Part shown: positions 61,041-64,000 of the stretch, piece by piece
Layout: every line of letters starts with the position of its first letter
Position numbering within the stretch: the first letter of the stretch is position 1
DNA from: Mobula hypostoma
Lineage: Eukaryota
DNA: 64,000 nt
NCBI RefSeq assembly: GCF_963921235.1
Contig: NC_086097.1
Coordinates: forward strand, 145,018,001 to 145,082,000
Direction: 5' to 3'
Translations under genes and position numbers: made by a program
The notes under the pieces: model-generated
Database searches by the model: none
What the model was told of the DNA's origin: nothing
The model's input: the letters and a program-made list of their open reading frames with translations, nothing else

Positions 61041-63396
61041 AGGAGAGGCCCTATCAGTGGCGGGGACAGAGCATTGCAAAAAGGTTTCTTGCAGATTGTC
61101 GACACTTATTTAAAAAGAGAGCTTCGCGGGCATTTGGCCATTGCAGAGGCCCTATCAGCGGTGGGAACAGAGCACCGCAAACTAAATAAAAGTACAGGAA
61201 GGACAAGCGGAGTAGACATCGTCGGGGCAGCCATTGTCGGGAGTAAAAGCATCAGGCTTAGGCTCAAAGAAGGCTTCGCCTCGGATGAGGCATTGGCTCT
61301 GGGTAGGCTTCTGTTAAGGTTTTCTTTTTGTTTTTTTCTTACTGTACCTGGCATAGTAAATGGCAGTTGTGTGTTCTTCATGCCAGATGTTGGAGTCCTG
61401 GGAGACCCAGAGTTTCCCAGGGAACTACATCTGCATGAATTGCTCCTTGAAGTCCGTGTTAGGGATCTGGAACAGCAGCTGGATGACGTTTGGTTTATAC
61501 GGGAGAGTGAGGAGATAATTGATCAGAGTTACAGGGCAGTTGTCACCCCGAAGTTGCAGGAGGCGAGTTGTTGGGTGACTGTCAAGAGGAATAGAAATAT
61601 AAATAAGCAGCTAGAGCCTATTCCCCTCACAAATAAGTATACCGCTTTGGATACTTTTGTGGGGGATGGCCTCCTGGTGGAATGCCACAGTGACCGGGTT
61701 ACAGGCACTGAGATTGGGTCTATGGTGCAGAAGAGAAAGAGAGAGAAGGGAGTGGTAGTGATGGGGGAGTCAGTAGTGAGGGGAACAGATAGGAGATTCT
61801 GTGGACATGAACGGGACACCTGGATGGTATGTTCCCTCCCAGGTTCCAGGGTCAGGGACATCTCAGATCGCATCCACAACATTTTGGAGAGGGCGTGAGA
61901 GCAGTCAGATGTCTTGGTACTTATTGGTACCAATGACATAGGAAGGAAAAGCAAAGAGGTCCTGAAAAGAGATTTTATCGAGCTGGGTAGAAAGCTGAGA
62001 AGCAGGACCTCCAGGGCAGTAATTTCTGGACTGCTGCCTGTGCCACACGTGAGTGAGGGTAGAAACAGGATGATTTGGCAGATAAATGTGTGGCTGGGAA
62101 GCTGTTGCAGAGGGCAGGGCCTCAAGTTCTTGAATCATTGGGATGTCTCCTGGGGGAGGTATGACCTGTTCAAAAGTGACGGGTTGCACCTGACCCAAAG
62201 GGGACCAATATTCTCGCGGGCAGGTTTGTTAGAGTTGTTGGGGTGGTTTACGAAGTTAGGAACCAGAGTGATGGAACTCAGGATAGGACGGATGGTAAGA
62301 AAGTAAAGGTAGCGTGCAGTCAGACGGTCAGGAAGGGCAGGCAGGTGATGAGACATATTCGCAGCCAACAGGGTGAGTATCAAAACATTAGGGATGCAAA
62401 ATCAAAAAGGGTAGCAAATACGGTACTCAAGGTGTTGTATTTCAATGCATGGAGTATAACAAATAAGGTGGATGATCTTGTTGCACTATTAGATTGCCAG
62501 GTATGATGCCATGGCCATCACTGAATCGTGGCTGAAGGATGGCTGTATCAGAGGGATTGGAAGGTAGGCAGAGGGGAGGTGTGGCTCTACTAGTAAAGAA
62601 CGGCGTCAAATCAGTAGAAAGATGTGACATAGGATCGGAAGATGTTGAATCCTTGTGGGTTGAGTTAAGAAACTGATGGCAGTTATATACAAGCCTCCCA
62701 ACAGTGGCTGGGAGGTGGACCACAGATTACAACAAGAAATAGAAAAGGCGTGTCAAAAGGGCAATGTTATGATCGTCATGGGAGATTTTAACATGCAGGT
62801 CAATTGGGAAAATCAGGTTAGTAATGGATCTCAAGAGAGTGAGTTTGTTGAATGCCTAAGAGATGGCTTTTTAGAATAGTTTGTCGTTGAGTTTAATAAG
62901 GGATCAGCTATACTGGATTGGGTGTTATGTAATGAACCGGAGGCAATTAGGGAGATTAAGGTAAAAGAACCTTTAGGAACCAGTGATCATAGTATGATTG
63001 AATTCAACTTGAAATTTGATGTGGAGAAAGTAAAGTCTGCTGTAGCAGTATTTCAGTGGAGTAAGGGAAATTACAGTGGTATGAGAGAGGAGCTGGCCAA
63101 AGTAAATTGGAAGAAGCTACTGGCAGGGATGTCAGCACAGCAGCAATGGCGTGCATTTCTGGGAAAAATGAGGAAGGTGCAGGACGTGTGTATTCTGAAA
63201 GTGAAGAAATACTCAAATGGCAGAATAGGGCAACCGTGGCTGACTAGGGAAGTCAAAGCTAATGTAAAAACAAAAGAGAGGGCATACAACAAAGCAAAAA
63301 TTAGTGGGAAGATAGAGAATTGGGTAGTTTTTAAAAACCTACAGAGAGCAACTAAAAGAATCATTAGAACGAAAAAGATGACATATGAAAGCAAGA
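61041..63396 (+). mobile_element. CR1 5' half: 5' UTR, ORF1 (zinc finger/zipper + SGNH esterase), APE endonuclease; frameshifted
   Basis: LLEVRVRDLEQQLDD, VVMGESVVRG, IGTNDIG, DGLHL (ORF1); YFNAWSITNK, YKPP, MGDFN, SDH (APE). Confidence 0.92.
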
Positions 63397-63825
63397 TCAA
63401 GATCTCTGAGAACCTAACCTGGTCCCAGCATATCGATGTAGTTATAAAGAAGGCAAGACAGCGACTATATTTCATTTGGAGTTTGAAGGGATTTGTTATG
63501 TCAACAAATACACTCAAAAACTTCTATAGATGTACCATGTAGAGTATTCTGACAGGCTGCATCACTGTCCGGTATTGGGGGGGTCTCCATCTTGGGTACT
63601 AGCCTACTAAGTACCCAAAACATCTTCAAGGAGCAGTGTCTCAGAAAGGCAGCATCTATTAGTAAGGACCTCTAGCACCCAGGGCATGCCCTTTTTTCAC
63701 TGTTACCATCAGGTAGGAGGTACAGAAGCCTGATGGCACACACTCAACGATTCAGGAACAGTTTCTTCCTCTCTGCCATCTAAATGGACATTGAACGCTT
63801 GAACACTACTTCACTTTTTTTATAT
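63397..63825 (+). mobile_element. Rex1/Babar-like LINE 3' coding fragment
   Basis: ISENLTWSQHIDVVIKKARQRLYF...NFYRCT; matches the reverse of 41420-41900. Confidence 0.85.
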
Positions 63826-64000
63826 CATTGGACACGCTGGAGGCAGGAAGCATGTTCCCACTGATGGTTGAGTCCAGAACCAGAGGCCACTGTTTAAGAA
63901 TAAGGGGTAGGCCATTTGGAATGGAGTTGAGGAAAAACTTTTTCACCCAGAGAGTGGTGGATATGTGGAATGCTCTGCCCCAGAAGGCAGTGGAGGCCAA
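63826..64000 (+). mobile_element. CR1 3' fragment (runs off the window)
   Basis: MFPLMVESRTRGHCLRIRGRPF...FFTQRVVDMWNALP. Confidence 0.85.

Noticed and set aside
60915-61898. 327-aa ORF as a novel host gene
   Set aside because: Chance read-through of a LINE 3' UTR, CR1 5' UTR and frameshifted CR1 ORF1.
61914-62306. SGNH/GDSL esterase as a captured metabolic gene
   Set aside because: Esterase domains are an established part of CR1 ORF1; it lies directly upstream of the APE domain.
62922-63542. 206-aa ORF fusing CR1 and Rex1-like peptides
   Set aside because: Junction of two decayed LINE fragments at ~63397 with upstream stops; an in-frame join is expected by chance one time in three.
1-64000. 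CRISPR arrays, prokaryotic operons, rRNA, LTR retrovirus genes or host exons
   Set aside because: No regularly spaced repeat-spacer array, rRNA, gag/integrase/env or recognisable spliced exon was seen. Small exons cannot be excluded without transcript data.

Overview
Eukaryotic, repeat-dominated DNA with no recognisable host protein-coding exon, so most likely intergenic or deep intronic. The repeat inventory (HE1-like V-SINEs, HER1/CR1 LINEs with short microsatellite tails, Deu-domain SINE remnants, Neptune-type Penelope-like elements) points to a cartilaginous fish, probably a ray; this is an inference. Nearly all long ORFs belong to retroelements: CR1 (esterase ORF1, APE and RT), Rex1/Babar-like, L1, RTE and Penelope RT plus GIY-YIG. 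A Tc1 fragment and a PIF/Harbinger non-autonomous element are also present. Highlights: (1) a minimal type-I hammerhead ribozyme motif at the 3' end of a near-intact Penelope-like element, with about 8 further copies scattered as short tail modules, some showing stem covariation; (2) a four-level nested insertion (Penelope > CR1 > Harbinger > CR1) with readable TSDs; (3) a two-copy, ~650-bp non-coding retroelement with a YY1-type 5' end and a Rex1-like tail; (4) a tRNA(Thr)-like CORE-type SINE with an 11-bp TSD; (5) a 124-nt near-perfect hairpin built from Penelope tails; (6) a ~440-bp local duplication replacing part of a CR1; (7) a few repeat-free, TF-motif-dense candidate enhancers. All family assignments are from recall of motifs, not database searches.
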